In this document: positions 30,312-40,065 of the stretch, in pieces
How the letters are laid out: each line of letters opens with the position of its first letter
Numbering within the stretch: the first letter of the stretch is position 1
DNA from: an uncultured delta proteobacterium
GTDB taxonomy: Bacteria; Desulfobacterota; Desulfobacteria; Desulfobacterales; Desulfosalsimonadaceae
Reading direction: 5' to 3'
DNA length: 64,000 nt
Assembly: GCA_963826785.1 (NCBI GenBank)
Contig: CAWGYD010000004.1
Span: 256,001-320,000, forward strand
Position numbers and translations under genes: made by a program
Notes under the pieces: generated by a model
Seen by the model: only the letters and a program-made list of their open reading frames with translations
The model's database searches: none
What the model was told of the DNA's origin: nothing

Positions 30312-31214
30312 ATGATGCAGAAGAGCAAATCCGACGCAAAAGACAGTGCACCGGCGAAAAAAGGCAGACGCAGCGGACTGGGCAAGGGGCTGGACGCCCT
30401 GTTCCCCGATATCGGCATCACCCATGAAACCCCCCGGGGGCAGTTGTTTGAATGTGATATCGACGAGATCCGCCCCAATCCCTATCAGCCCCGGCACAAT
30501 TTTTCGGAAGCCGAAATGGGGGAACTGGCTGAATCCGTAAAATCCCAGGGTATCCTGCAGCCGCTGCTGGTGAGAAAAGCCAACGATGGATATGAGCTGA
30601 TCGCCGGTGAACGGCGATTGCGCGCCGCCCGCATGGCCGGCCTGTTCAAGGTGCCGGTTATCGTCAAGGACATCAAGAACACCGAACTGCTGGAAGTGTC
30701 CATCATCGAGAACATCCAGCGGGAAAATTTAAACCCCATGGAAGAGGCCGAGGCCTACCTGCGGCTTTCCGGCGAGTTCAATCTGACCCAGGAAGAGATC
30801 GCAAAACGGGTGGGAAAGAGCCGGTCCGCGGTGGCCAATTTTCTGCGGCTCAATCAACTGGCCGATGATATCAAGGTCACCATCCGCAACGGTGCCATCA
30901 GCATGGGACATGCCCGGGCCCTGCTGGGGGCGGACACAGTCCCGCTGCAGAAGAAAGCCTGGCAACTGGTCATCTCCCAGGGGTTGTCGGTTAGAGATAC
31001 GGAAAAGCTCATCTCCCGCTTGAACTCCCAGCAAACCAGTCAAAAGACGGCCCCCCGTCCGGATAACATCTATTACTCCAGCCTGGAGGAGGATCTGGGC
31101 CGGTATTTCGGCACCAAGGTCGCCATCAAGCGGCACGGGAAAAAAGGGAAGCTCGAGATTGAATTTTACACGGATGAAGATCTCGACCGTCTGCTGGGCC
31201 TGTTCAAAGCATAG
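30312..31214 (+). CDS. parB: ParB/Spo0J partitioning protein
   Basis: GLGKGLDAL, PNPYQPR, LIAGERRLRAA, ENIQRENLNP, HTH GKSRSAVAN. Confidence 0.95.
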   Translation: MMQKSKSDAKDSAPAKKGRRSGLGKGLDALFPDIGITHETPRGQLFECDIDEIRPNPYQPRHNFSEAEMGELAESVKSQGILQPLLVRKANDGYELIAGERRLRAARMAGLFKVPVIVKDIKNTELLEVSIIENIQRENLNPMEEAEAYLRLSGEFNLTQEEIAKRVGKSRSAVANFLRLNQLADDIKVTIRNGAISMGHARALLGADTVPLQKKAWQLVISQGLSVRDTEKLISRLNSQQTSQKTAPRPDNIYYSSLEEDLGRYFGTKVAIKRHGKKGKLEIEFYTDEDLDRLLGLFKA

Positions 31215-31220
31215 GCAGGC

Positions 31221-31748
31221 ATGGCCGTTCACATTATCATAGACGGCTACAACCTGATCCGAAGATCTCCGGAGATGTCTTCCCTGGACCGCCAGGCGCT
31301 TGAGCTGGGCCGAGAGGCCCTGGTGGAGCAACTGGCCGTATATAAACGGATCAAGCGGCACAAGATCACCATCGTGTTTGACGGATCCGAACAGTATTCC
31401 TTTTTTGAGACCAAGGGGCAGGAAAAGGGAATCCAGATCCGGTTTTCCCGGCAGGGGGAATCCGCCGATACCCTGATCATGCGGATGGCCGAGATGGAAA
31501 AGCAAAAGGCGCTGGTGGTGAGTTCCGACCATGCGGTCTCCGATTTCTGCGCGTCCCGGGGAGCTGCCGTTATCGGTGCGGACGCCTTTTTGCAGAAAAT
31601 GGAGATGGCCGCCCTGATTGACTTGAAGGGAGGCGCCATCGAAGACGGACCGGAGGAGGGATGGGCTCTCACCACCCGAAAGAAGGGGCCGTCTAAAAGA
31701 CCGTCCAAATCGAAACGAAAAAACTGGAAGAAGCTCCAGAAATTATAA
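31221..31748 (+). CDS. NYN/YacP-like RNase domain protein
   Basis: IIIDGYNLI, IVFDG, ESAD..I, VVSSD. Confidence 0.85.
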   Translation: MAVHIIIDGYNLIRRSPEMSSLDRQALELGREALVEQLAVYKRIKRHKITIVFDGSEQYSFFETKGQEKGIQIRFSRQGESADTLIMRMAEMEKQKALVVSSDHAVSDFCASRGAAVIGADAFLQKMEMAALIDLKGGAIEDGPEEGWALTTRKKGPSKRPSKSKRKNWKKLQKL

Positions 31749-31775
31749 CGGTTAAAAGATTGACAAAGCCGGATC

Positions 31776-32192
31776 ATGCTTAAGATTTGTATCATCGACG
31801 GCCAGGGCGGCGGGATCGGGGCTGCCATCATCAAGCGGCTCAAGGAAGTCTTCGAGGAGTCGGTGGAGATTGTCGCGTTGGGGACCAATGCCATTGCCAC
31901 CGCCCAGATGCTCAAAGCCAAGGCCAACCGCGGCGCTTCCGGTGAAAACGCCATTGTGCAGACCGTGGCCCGTATGGACTTGATCATCGGGCCGGTTTCC
32001 ATCATCATGGCCAATTCCATGATGGGGGAGTTGACGCCGGCCATGGCCCAGGCGGTGGCGTCGAGCCCGGCGCGAAAGTACCTGCTGCCGCTGTTTCAGG
32101 AAAACGCGGAGATCGTCGGCGCAAAAGGGGTGCCGCTGCCTCATCTGATCGATGAACTGATACAAGCGCATCTGGGCAGGCTGCGGCCGTAA
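31776..32192 (+). CDS. DUF3842 family protein
   Basis: IDGQGGGIG, ALGTNAIAT..MLKA.A..GASGENA, SMMGELTP.MA.AV..S.A.K.L.P. Confidence 0.85.
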   Translation: MLKICIIDGQGGGIGAAIIKRLKEVFEESVEIVALGTNAIATAQMLKAKANRGASGENAIVQTVARMDLIIGPVSIIMANSMMGELTPAMAQAVASSPARKYLLPLFQENAEIVGAKGVPLPHLIDELIQAHLGRLRP

Positions 32193-32216
32193 ACTCTTTA
32201 TCAACAGGATAGAAAT

Positions 32217-32405
32217 ATGTGTGAAGCAAATGCATACGTGATCGAAAAGGATGGGGAAGAACTGATCATGGAGGCCGTGGATACGGTTGAACCCGAAGCG
32301 GCCGGATACAAGCTGATGAACATCTTCGGCGAGCAGAAATTCGTCAAAGGGGTCATCCATTCCCTGTCCCTGGTGGATCATAAGATTTATTTCAAAAAAG
32401 AATAA
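32217..32405 (+). CDS. cooT: CooT family nickel-binding protein
   Basis: MCEANAY...ME.VD...NIFGEQK...SLVDHKI; 62 aa. Confidence 0.85.
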   Translation: MCEANAYVIEKDGEELIMEAVDTVEPEAAGYKLMNIFGEQKFVKGVIHSLSLVDHKIYFKKE

Positions 32406-32563
32406 TTCCATTTCCGATTCCCGCAGTGTCACTGTGTGAAGAAAATCATCGCTCACAGAGCGATTCTGCACGTGGTTATTCTCCAGCCCGATGATTCCAG
32501 ACCGGAGTTTCAGATCAAATAAAATCGTGAATGGCCAATCATTCATTTTAAGATAGTTGCATT

Positions 32564-34294
32564 ATGAAAATCACGGTCGCCAGATCAGCGGGGTTTTGCA
32601 TGGGGGTGCGCCGGGCGGTGGAAATCGCCCTGGATGCATCGAACCGCAGCACGGATCCCATTTACACCTACGGGCCCCTGATCCATAACCCCCAGGTGCT
32701 GGAGCTTTTGGAAAACAAAGTCATTTCGGTGATCCATACGATTCCGGAGAAGGGTTCCGGCACCGTGCTCATCCGTGCACACGGCATCCCCCCCCGGGAC
32801 CGTGAGCTTCTGGAGCGGGCCGGCTTCAACGTGATCGATGCCACCTGTCCCCGGGTCATCAAGGTTCAGTCCATCATTGCCAAGCACGCCCGCCAGGGGT
32901 ATGCGATCATCATCATCGGGGACCGGGATCATCCCGAAGTCAAAGGGCTGATGGGCTATGCGGGCGACATGGGGCATGTGGCCGAAACCCGCGAAGAGCT
33001 GGAAGGCCTGGCCGAATTCGAATCGGCCATCATCGTGGCCCAGACCACCCAGAATTCCGCTTTTTTCAAAGGGGTCAAGGAATGGGTGCGGGCCCGCCAT
33101 CCCCATTACCGGGTGTTTGACACGATTTGCGATTCAACGGAAAACCGCCAGGCGGATGTGACCCAACTGGCCCGGGAAGTGGATGCCATGGTGGTGGTGG
33201 GCGGCCGGGAGAGCGGAAACACCCGGCGTCTGTACGAAATCGCCCGGCAGACGGGAAAACCGGCGGTGCATATCGAAACAGAAGATGAACTGGACCTGCA
33301 CCAGCTGGGCGGAGCCCGCCGGATCGGCATCACCGCGGGTGCATCCACCCCCAACTGGATCATCAAACGGGTGCACCGGAAACTTGAAGACCTGATGGTC
33401 ATCCGGGGACAGCGATGCAAACGCTGGCTGTATCTGTTTCAGCGCTACCTGCTGCTGAGCAATATCTACATCGCCATGGGGGCAGGCGGCCTCACCTATG
33501 CCGCCACCCGACTCCAGGGGCTATCCCCGTCTTTGCTTCCCGTGTGCCTGGCCGTATTCTATCTACTGTCCATGCATACCTTCAACAACCTGGTGGATAT
33601 CTCATCGAATCGATACAATGACCCGGACAAGGCCCAGTTTTATCAGCAGAACCGGGGATGGCTGGCGGCAAACATGGTGCTTGCCGGGACGGCGGGGGTG
33701 ATTACCGCTTTTCTGATGGGGCCGCTGTTCGCCATGCTGGGGGTCTGCATGACCTTCATGGGATTTATTTACATCATCAACCTGGTTCCCCGGCGGCCGG
33801 GGCAGGTGTTTCATCCCAAGGTCCGGGATATCCCCGGCTCCAAAACCGTTCTGGCGGCACTGGCATGGGGGATCGTCACCTCAATTGTACCGGCCATCCA
33901 CGGTTTCGGGCAGGTTCAATGGGTCACCGTGCTGGTGTTTTTATGGACGGCCTGTTTCGTATTCGCGCGCACGGCCTTTTTCGATATCCTGGACATGCAG
34001 GGCAGCCGCATCGTGGGCCGGGAAACCATTCCCATCCTGCTGGGGGAGAAAAAGACCCTGCGCCTCATTAAAATACTGCTGTGGATGATGGCGGCGATGA
34101 TGGCGGCCGCCTCCGCAGCCGGTGTGGTATCCTCCCTGGGGCTTGTGTTGACCCTGTGCCCCCTCTCCATGATCCTGTTTCTGTCCACCAGTGAGCGGGG
34201 GCTGTTTTCCCCCGGCCTGCGCCAGGCTTTTCTCATGGAAAGCCACTTCGTCCTGGCCGGCGCGCTGGCCCTGATCTGGTCCCTGATCCGGTAA
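32564..34294 (+). CDS. ispH: IspH (LytB) fused to a C-terminal UbiA-like membrane domain
   Basis: AGFCMGV, HNPQV, RAHG, DATCP, HPEV, QTT, DTIC, TAGASTP; C-terminal half is multi-TM with NNLVD...ND and FDILDMQG..GRETIP. Confidence 0.9.
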   Translation: MKITVARSAGFCMGVRRAVEIALDASNRSTDPIYTYGPLIHNPQVLELLENKVISVIHTIPEKGSGTVLIRAHGIPPRDRELLERAGFNVIDATCPRVIKVQSIIAKHARQGYAIIIIGDRDHPEVKGLMGYAGDMGHVAETREELEGLAEFESAIIVAQTTQNSAFFKGVKEWVRARHPHYRVFDTICDSTENRQADVTQLAREVDAMVVVGGRESGNTRRLYEIARQTGKPAVHIETEDELDLHQLGGARRIGITAGASTPNWIIKRVHRKLEDLMVIRGQRCKRWLYLFQRYLLLSNIYIAMGAGGLTYAATRLQGLSPSLLPVCLAVFYLLSMHTFNNLVDISSNRYNDPDKAQFYQQNRGWLAANMVLAGTAGVITAFLMGPLFAMLGVCMTFMGFIYIINLVPRRPGQVFHPKVRDIPGSKTVLAALAWGIVTSIVPAIHGFGQVQWVTVLVFLWTACFVFARTAFFDILDMQGSRIVGRETIPILLGEKKTLRLIKILLWMMAAMMAAASAAGVVSSLGLVLTLCPLSMILFLSTSERGLFSPGLRQAFLMESHFVLAGALALIWSLIR

Positions 34295-34408
34295 AACAGT
34301 TTCAATTTTTAATGGATAAAAAAAACAGTTGCCTCGGTAAGGCACTGATATATTTTTTATTTTTGCGCCTTGGAAATATTTTTTGTTGAGGGATGGAAAG
34401 ATCGGATT

Positions 34409-35035
34409 TTAATGTTTTCCCCAAATGGGGGGCTCGGTTCCGGCGATCAGCCGGGAAATATTGGCCCGGTGGCGAAAAATAATCAGCGCGGAAACCGCCA
34501 GGGCGCACCCGGTAAATACGAGCGAATGTAAAATGCCGAACACCCCCGCCGGCAGAAAAAGCGCGGCTGAAAGCGATCCAGCGGATACCCGCCGGGACAG
34601 AAGGGTCACCCCGAGAAAAACCGCCAGGGTTGCCAAAAGGGTCGCAGGGGAAATCACCGCAAAGCATCCGGCAGCGGTGGCCACGCCTTTTCCGCCGGTT
34701 TTGAATTTCAGGTACACGGGATAAAGGTGGCCGAGAAATGCGGCCAGGGCGCAGATCGACATCCCGACTTCCCGAACCCGGGGACCGTCGCCGGAAAAAA
34801 GAGCTGCCGCCAGCATCACCGGGACCGCCCCCTTGAGCAGGTCGCCGGCAAGGGTGGCCAGCCCGGGCTTTAATCCCCCGGTCCGCAGCGCGTTGGTGGC
34901 GCCGATGTTGCCGCTGCCCGCAGACCGCAGGTCGGCCGTCTTGAACAGCCGGGCGGACACCAGCCCGAAGGGGATCGATCCTATCAGGTAGGCGAAAAGA
35001 AACAGCCCGGCGATGGTGAAAAGGTGTGGAAACAT
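34409..35035 (-). CDS. plsY: Glycerol-3-phosphate acyltransferase PlsY
   Basis: YLIGSIPFG, GSGNIGATN, GHLYP..F..GGKGVAT, RHRANI.RL..GTE. Confidence 0.95.
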   Translation of the reverse strand: MFPHLFTIAGLFLFAYLIGSIPFGLVSARLFKTADLRSAGSGNIGATNALRTGGLKPGLATLAGDLLKGAVPVMLAAALFSGDGPRVREVGMSICALAAFLGHLYPVYLKFKTGGKGVATAAGCFAVISPATLLATLAVFLGVTLLSRRVSAGSLSAALFLPAGVFGILHSLVFTGCALAVSALIIFRHRANISRLIAGTEPPIWGKH

Positions 35036-35143
35036 TATGCCGCCTTGGAAATTCAGGTTCAAAAGACACAGTTTAAAGCAGATACCCTTCTGGAATCAAG
35101 GTCTTCTTCCGGGAAAGGACCGACACCCCGTGGAGCGATGCGC

Positions 35144-35425
35144 ATGACAGAAGAAATCGATCCTGTTGAAATCCCCATTGACGGACTGCTGGATCTTCAC
35201 ACGTTTCATCCCCGTGAGGCACGGGATCTGGTCAATGAATACCTCCGGGCCTGCCGGGAGAAGCAAATCCTGAATGTCCGCATCATCCACGGCAAAGGGC
35301 GGGGAATCCTGAAGCAGGCCGTCCATTCCGCGCTGTCAAAAAATCCCATGGTGGCCTCGTTTTCCGATGCCCCGGCAAACGCGGGCGGATGGGGCGCCAC
35401 CATCGTCAGGCTGAAAGCTGATTGA
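35144..35425 (+). CDS. Smr/MutS2 domain protein
   Basis: LDLHTF, RIIHGKGRG, GGWGATIV. Confidence 0.9.
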   Translation: MTEEIDPVEIPIDGLLDLHTFHPREARDLVNEYLRACREKQILNVRIIHGKGRGILKQAVHSALSKNPMVASFSDAPANAGGWGATIVRLKAD

Positions 35426-35497
35426 AATTTCATGGGTTCACCTTTGCAGTCTTTCCACCTTTTGAATCTGCGATTTTGATGCTATGAGATACGGCTG

Positions 35498-36691
35498 ATG
35501 AACAGAATCGATAAAAAAATCTTCTCAGCCCTGTTTTTTTCCATCTTTACGGCGGTGACAGGGGTGGGAATCGTGGTGCCCCTTCTTCCGGTGTACGCCC
35601 ACAACCTGGGCGCTTCGGGAATTTACATCGCCCTGGTCTTCGGCGGGTTTTCCCTGACCCGCACGGTTTTTCTCCCCTGGTTCGGCCGGCTCTCGGATAA
35701 AAAAGGCCGGAAACCCTTCCTCACCATCGGGCTGTTTGCCTATGCGGTGATCGCAATCGCGTTTATTTTTTCGGAAACCATCGAATCTCTGATCATCATC
35801 CGTATGGTTCAGGGGGTGGCCTCTGCCATGATCATGCCGGTGGCCCAGGCCTATATCGGCGACATCACCCCGCCCGGGAGGGAAGGAATTGTCATGGGCA
35901 TGTTCAACATGTCCATCTTCCTGGGGCTCTCCATCGGGCCGCTGCTGGGCGGCGGAATCAAGGACCTGTTCGGCCTCCAGACGGCATTTGGATGTATGGG
36001 CGTCCTGGCTTTGGGATCATTTATGATGAGTTATGCCTTCCTGCCGCCGGCCCGGGAGGAGCAGGGGGTGATCAGCGGATACAAGCCGGTTTTCTGGCGG
36101 GTGCTGGTTTTCGACCGGACCATTTTCAGCCTGTTTGTCTTCCGCTGGGTCTATGCCACCTGCATCGGCATCATCTGGGGGTTTCTGCCGGTGTACGGGG
36201 ATGTCCGGTTTTCGTTGTCCTCGGCGGCCATCGGCGTACTGGTGGTGCTGGGGGTCTCCATCAGCGGCATCCTGCATGTGCCCATGGGTATTATAGCCGA
36301 CCGGATGGACAAGCGCATCCTGGTGGTTTCCGGGGGGCTGGTCAGCGCCGTGGCCATCCTGATGATCGGGTGGTCTGACGGATTCTGGGACTTGTTTGCC
36401 GCCAACGTGGTATTCGGCATCGGCGGCGGGATGGCCATGCCTGCCATGATGGCGCTGGCAGTGATCAGCGGGAGCGAAAAGAAGGCCATGGGCACCGTCA
36501 TGTCGCTGATCACCATCGCCCACAGCCTGGGAATGCTCTGCGGATCACTCTTCGGCGGCATCATCATGGATCTTATGGCACTGCATTACGCGTTTTCCTT
36601 CGGATCGCTGATCATGCTCTTCGGGGTGGTGGTTTTTTTCATCGGCATGATAAAAATCCCGGGACTAAAAGGGTTGGAAGCAGAAACATGA
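35498..36691 (+). CDS. MFS transporter (DHA1-like)
   Basis: GIVVPLLP, GRLSDKKGRK, RMVQG, GPLLGG. Confidence 0.9.
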   Translation: MNRIDKKIFSALFFSIFTAVTGVGIVVPLLPVYAHNLGASGIYIALVFGGFSLTRTVFLPWFGRLSDKKGRKPFLTIGLFAYAVIAIAFIFSETIESLIIIRMVQGVASAMIMPVAQAYIGDITPPGREGIVMGMFNMSIFLGLSIGPLLGGGIKDLFGLQTAFGCMGVLALGSFMMSYAFLPPAREEQGVISGYKPVFWRVLVFDRTIFSLFVFRWVYATCIGIIWGFLPVYGDVRFSLSSAAIGVLVVLGVSISGILHVPMGIIADRMDKRILVVSGGLVSAVAILMIGWSDGFWDLFAANVVFGIGGGMAMPAMMALAVISGSEKKAMGTVMSLITIAHSLGMLCGSLFGGIIMDLMALHYAFSFGSLIMLFGVVVFFIGMIKIPGLKGLEAET

Positions 36692-36713
36692 GACATTTCG
36701 CAAGAAGAGGTGA

Positions 36714-37388
36714 TTGATGCCACGGGTGGATTCGTCCAGGCCGTATGCGGTGTTGACCGGCGATTTCATCGGCTTTTCCGGCCTGCCGGCCGACCTGCGG
36801 CAGAACATGTATTTCGTGCTTAAGGACGGAGGCGCCGGGATCAGCCGTGCCTGGCCGGATCTTATGCCCTGGCCGGTGGACGTGTTCAGGGGAGACGGCT
36901 GGCAGATCCTGCTGACCGACCCGGCATTGTCGCTGCGAACCGGGCTTTTTTTGCGGGCGCATATCCGGTCCTCTGCCGGAAAGGATGTGGACACCCGCCT
37001 GGCCATTGCCATCGGTGCAGTCGATTATGTGCCGGAAGGCCGGGTTTCCGCCGGAGACGGCGAGGCGTTCCGCATGTCCGGCAGGCTGCTTGAAAAGATG
37101 ACTGCTCCCGGCGCCGGGTCCATCCGCTTCCGCATGGATCGCCACCCGTCATCCGGCTGCCTGGACGCGCTCGCCCGGATGACCGGAGACATGGCCCGGC
37201 AGTGGACCCCGCCCCAGGCCCGGGCCGTTGCCGGTGCGCTGCAGGGAATGCCCCATCCGCAGATCAGCCGTCTCTGGAAAAAACCCATCTCCCCCCAGGC
37301 GGTGAGCAAACACCTGGCACGCGCCGGCTGGCCGGGTCTCCGCCACGCCCTGGAGGCTTTTGAACAGGCCCTGGGGCATATAAAATAA
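36714..37388 (+). CDS. SatD-like protein with C-terminal HTH-like segment
   Basis: YAVLTGD.IG.S, FRGDGWQ, RLAIAIG, DGEAF..SG, ISPQAVSKHL..AGW. Confidence 0.65.
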   Translation: MMPRVDSSRPYAVLTGDFIGFSGLPADLRQNMYFVLKDGGAGISRAWPDLMPWPVDVFRGDGWQILLTDPALSLRTGLFLRAHIRSSAGKDVDTRLAIAIGAVDYVPEGRVSAGDGEAFRMSGRLLEKMTAPGAGSIRFRMDRHPSSGCLDALARMTGDMARQWTPPQARAVAGALQGMPHPQISRLWKKPISPQAVSKHLARAGWPGLRHALEAFEQALGHIK

Positions 37389-37401
37389 CTGACAGCAGAA
37401 C

Positions 37402-39165
37402 TCAGTCCGCGCTCTTCTTCCGGCTCACCGGGGTCATCACCAGTCTGAAGCCGATGTAGTTTCCCTTGAAGTCGGGATAGACGCCGGCGCGGTAGGCGCA
37501 GCGGACTTCGTGGGGCGAATTGCACCAGCTGCCGCCCCGGATCACTTTGCGGGCCCCTTTGCCGGACACCACCGGGTTGCTTTGCGCATGTTTTTTGTAC
37601 CCGCTTTCGAGATAGGTGTCCTGGCACCATTCGTAGACGTTTCCGCTCATATCGTACAGGCCGATGCCGTTGGGCCGCTTCTGCCCCACCGGCCGGGTGG
37701 AAATGGCGCTGTTGGCGGAATACCAGGCCAGGTCCTCCAGTTTTTTCCCGCCGGCGTATTTCTCGGGTTTTCCGCAGCTTCGGGCCGCATACTCCCATTC
37801 GGCTTCCGTGGGCAGCCGGAAGTGGTACTTGTTTTTATTCAAAACGGTGAGCTTTACAATGAAATCCTGGGCGTCCTGCCAGGAAACCTGCTCCACGGGA
37901 TGATCCGCACCCTTCTTGAACCCCGAGGGATTGTGGGGCCGTACCTTTTTCCAGAAGGCGCCGGACATCACTTTTTTCCATTGGGCCTGGGTGACCGGGT
38001 ATTTTCCCATCCAGAATCCGTCGATGAATACCTCGTGGACCGGAAATTCGTCCTTGTTTCCTTCCCCGTCCCAGTTGCCGCCCCCCATCCGGAAACTGCC
38101 CGTGGGAACCCATAAAAATTCGGTCCCGGTCACCGGCTCGATCCACGTATCCCCCAGCTGGTGAATTTCGGCAGGCAGCTTGTGAAAAAAGGGCTCCGGT
38201 TCAGGCTTGGGTGCGGCGGCCGCTCCATCCTTTTGATATTGCCCCGCGGGGGGCGGATTCTTCAGGGATTCATCGGCAAACAGGGATTGACTGCAGGTGA
38301 GGCGATGGTCGCCATTTAAGACCGCGATGATTTCCGTGAGACTGCCGGGGCGTTCGGACGGTTGATATTTCAGACATTTTTCGATCAGCCCCTGGATGTT
38401 GTACGGCATGTCGGACCGGTTAAACCGGAGCCCGGATTCGCGAATCAGACGGGTTCGGGTGGTGAAGTCCTCCTTTTCATAGGGGAGGCATCCGAGCCAG
38501 ATAAAGTAGGCGACAAACCCATAAGCGTAAATCAGGCTGGCCGGCCCGGGGCGTTCATTGCGGATGACCAGTTCGGGGGCGGACCAGTTGGGGGTAAACT
38601 GGGCATTGGCCGTGGTGGATACGCTGCTCAACCGCTGCAGGCCGCCCAGATCCCCGATCACCAGCCGGCCGCTCTGATTGATCAGCAAATTGGAGGGCTT
38701 TAGATCCTTTACGATAAAGGAATCGCCCGCCTTGCTGATCAATCGGTTCAGCACCTCGGCGAGTTCCCACATCAGCTGGCGGGCCAGCCGGGGGGAGAGC
38801 GGATAATGATCGATGACGAAATTGAGCAGGCTGGCCGGGCAGTATTCCATGAGGACAATCAGCCAGGCCTTGGCCTCCTGTTTGGAAACCCGCTTGTCCA
38901 CCAGGTGGAAATCATGAATCTCGACCACGCCGTCCCCCTTGATTTTGCTGTAATATTCCTGGACGGCATAGAAGTCATGGGAGATCTTGGAATCGAGGGC
39001 TTTTGCGGACCGGTAGGAAAATGAGCGCTCCACCATGATGGGCAGAACCTTCACTGCCCGCTCTTTCAGGTTGTCCTTTACCAGGTAGACGGTTCCATAA
39101 ACCCCTTCCCCGATATTTTTGATCACATCATAGGTGGGAAGACATCGCTTGATGATTTCTTCCAT
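37402..39165 (-). CDS. Ser/Thr kinase fused to an FGE-sulfatase (SUMF1) domain
   Basis: IGEGVYGTVY, AVK, KDLKPSN, APE; C-terminal PVTQAQW, HPVEQVSW, RLPTEAEWEYAAR, GLYDMSGNVYEW, RGGSW, GFRLV. Confidence 0.88.
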   Translation of the reverse strand: MEEIIKRCLPTYDVIKNIGEGVYGTVYLVKDNLKERAVKVLPIMVERSFSYRSAKALDSKISHDFYAVQEYYSKIKGDGVVEIHDFHLVDKRVSKQEAKAWLIVLMEYCPASLLNFVIDHYPLSPRLARQLMWELAEVLNRLISKAGDSFIVKDLKPSNLLINQSGRLVIGDLGGLQRLSSVSTTANAQFTPNWSAPELVIRNERPGPASLIYAYGFVAYFIWLGCLPYEKEDFTTRTRLIRESGLRFNRSDMPYNIQGLIEKCLKYQPSERPGSLTEIIAVLNGDHRLTCSQSLFADESLKNPPPAGQYQKDGAAAAPKPEPEPFFHKLPAEIHQLGDTWIEPVTGTEFLWVPTGSFRMGGGNWDGEGNKDEFPVHEVFIDGFWMGKYPVTQAQWKKVMSGAFWKKVRPHNPSGFKKGADHPVEQVSWQDAQDFIVKLTVLNKNKYHFRLPTEAEWEYAARSCGKPEKYAGGKKLEDLAWYSANSAISTRPVGQKRPNGIGLYDMSGNVYEWCQDTYLESGYKKHAQSNPVVSGKGARKVIRGGSWCNSPHEVRCAYRAGVYPDFKGNYIGFRLVMTPVSRKKSAD

Positions 39166-39205
39166 CAGGAAGCTTTCCGCATGCGAATTCTCGATTCTGT
39201 ATAAA

Positions 39206-39958
39206 TCACGGCCGGATCTCGGCAATGATGAAACTGGTGTTGTCCTTCAACCCTTTCCGGGAGACTTCCTTTAACAGCTTTTTTCCATTTTTGACGGGTG
39301 AGGGCATCAGGATGTCAAAAATTTCCTCATCCTGAAGAACATCATTGAGCCCGTCGGAGCAGATGAGATAACAGGCGCTCTCCTGCAGCGGCTCCTGATG
39401 GACGTGGATTCTGTCGCCATCCCAGTTGTCTTTGAAAACGGGGCCGATGCCGAATTCGATCAGATGCCTGTAGGGATGCCCGAATACCGTGGCTTCCGGG
39501 ATCAGGGAGTTGTCCACCCATTCCTGGACCAGTGAGTGGTCGTGGGAAATGTATCGAAGGCCGCTTTCGCCAAAACCGTAAACCCGGCTGTCCCCCGCAT
39601 TGAAAGCAAAGGCCAGTTGATCGGATATCCACACGCCGGCCACCGTGGTCCCGGAATCGGCGGGGAGATTTTCTTCAGACAGGCGTTGAATCCTGGCGAT
39701 CTCTTCATGGATGGACCCGCCATTTATGATCTGGTCCGTATTTCTCTGGGCCAGCTGCTCACAGACAAACCGGCTGGCCGTTTCCCCGGCACGGTGACCG
39801 CCCATGCCGTCGCATACGGCCAGCAGCAGCTGGTGAACCGAAAAGGCGTTTTTGCACTCGGCACTGTCCTCCTGGCGCACCTTCCCGCCATCGATGATGC
39901 AGTCCTCCTGCCGGTCCCGCGGCCCCCGTCGCATGGCCGCATACATGTCGCATTTCAT
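39206..39958 (-). CDS. PP2C-family Ser/Thr phosphatase
   Basis: R..QED, VCDGMGGH, GTT, NAGDSRVY, SHDHS, CSDGL, DNTS. Confidence 0.92.
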   Translation of the reverse strand: MKCDMYAAMRRGPRDRQEDCIIDGGKVRQEDSAECKNAFSVHQLLLAVCDGMGGHRAGETASRFVCEQLAQRNTDQIINGGSIHEEIARIQRLSEENLPADSGTTVAGVWISDQLAFAFNAGDSRVYGFGESGLRYISHDHSLVQEWVDNSLIPEATVFGHPYRHLIEFGIGPVFKDNWDGDRIHVHQEPLQESACYLICSDGLNDVLQDEEIFDILMPSPVKNGKKLLKEVSRKGLKDNTSFIIAEIRP

Positions 39959-40065
39959 CGCAAGCCTCGCAGATTAAGAATATAGACCAACTCCCCGCCA
40001 TTGTTCAACCCGGTTTTTCAAAGGCTCTTCCTGCTTTGGTGTGCGCTATGCATGTTTTAATGATG

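Noticed and set aside
29300..31300. parS site or replication origin near parAB
   Set aside because: No GTTTCACGTGAAAC-like palindrome or DnaA-box cluster was noticed by eye.
37402..37560. FGE-domain C-terminus (GGSW...GFRLV) as a DGR variable region
   Set aside because: No template repeat or reverse transcriptase is visible in the window; a remote DGR cannot be excluded.
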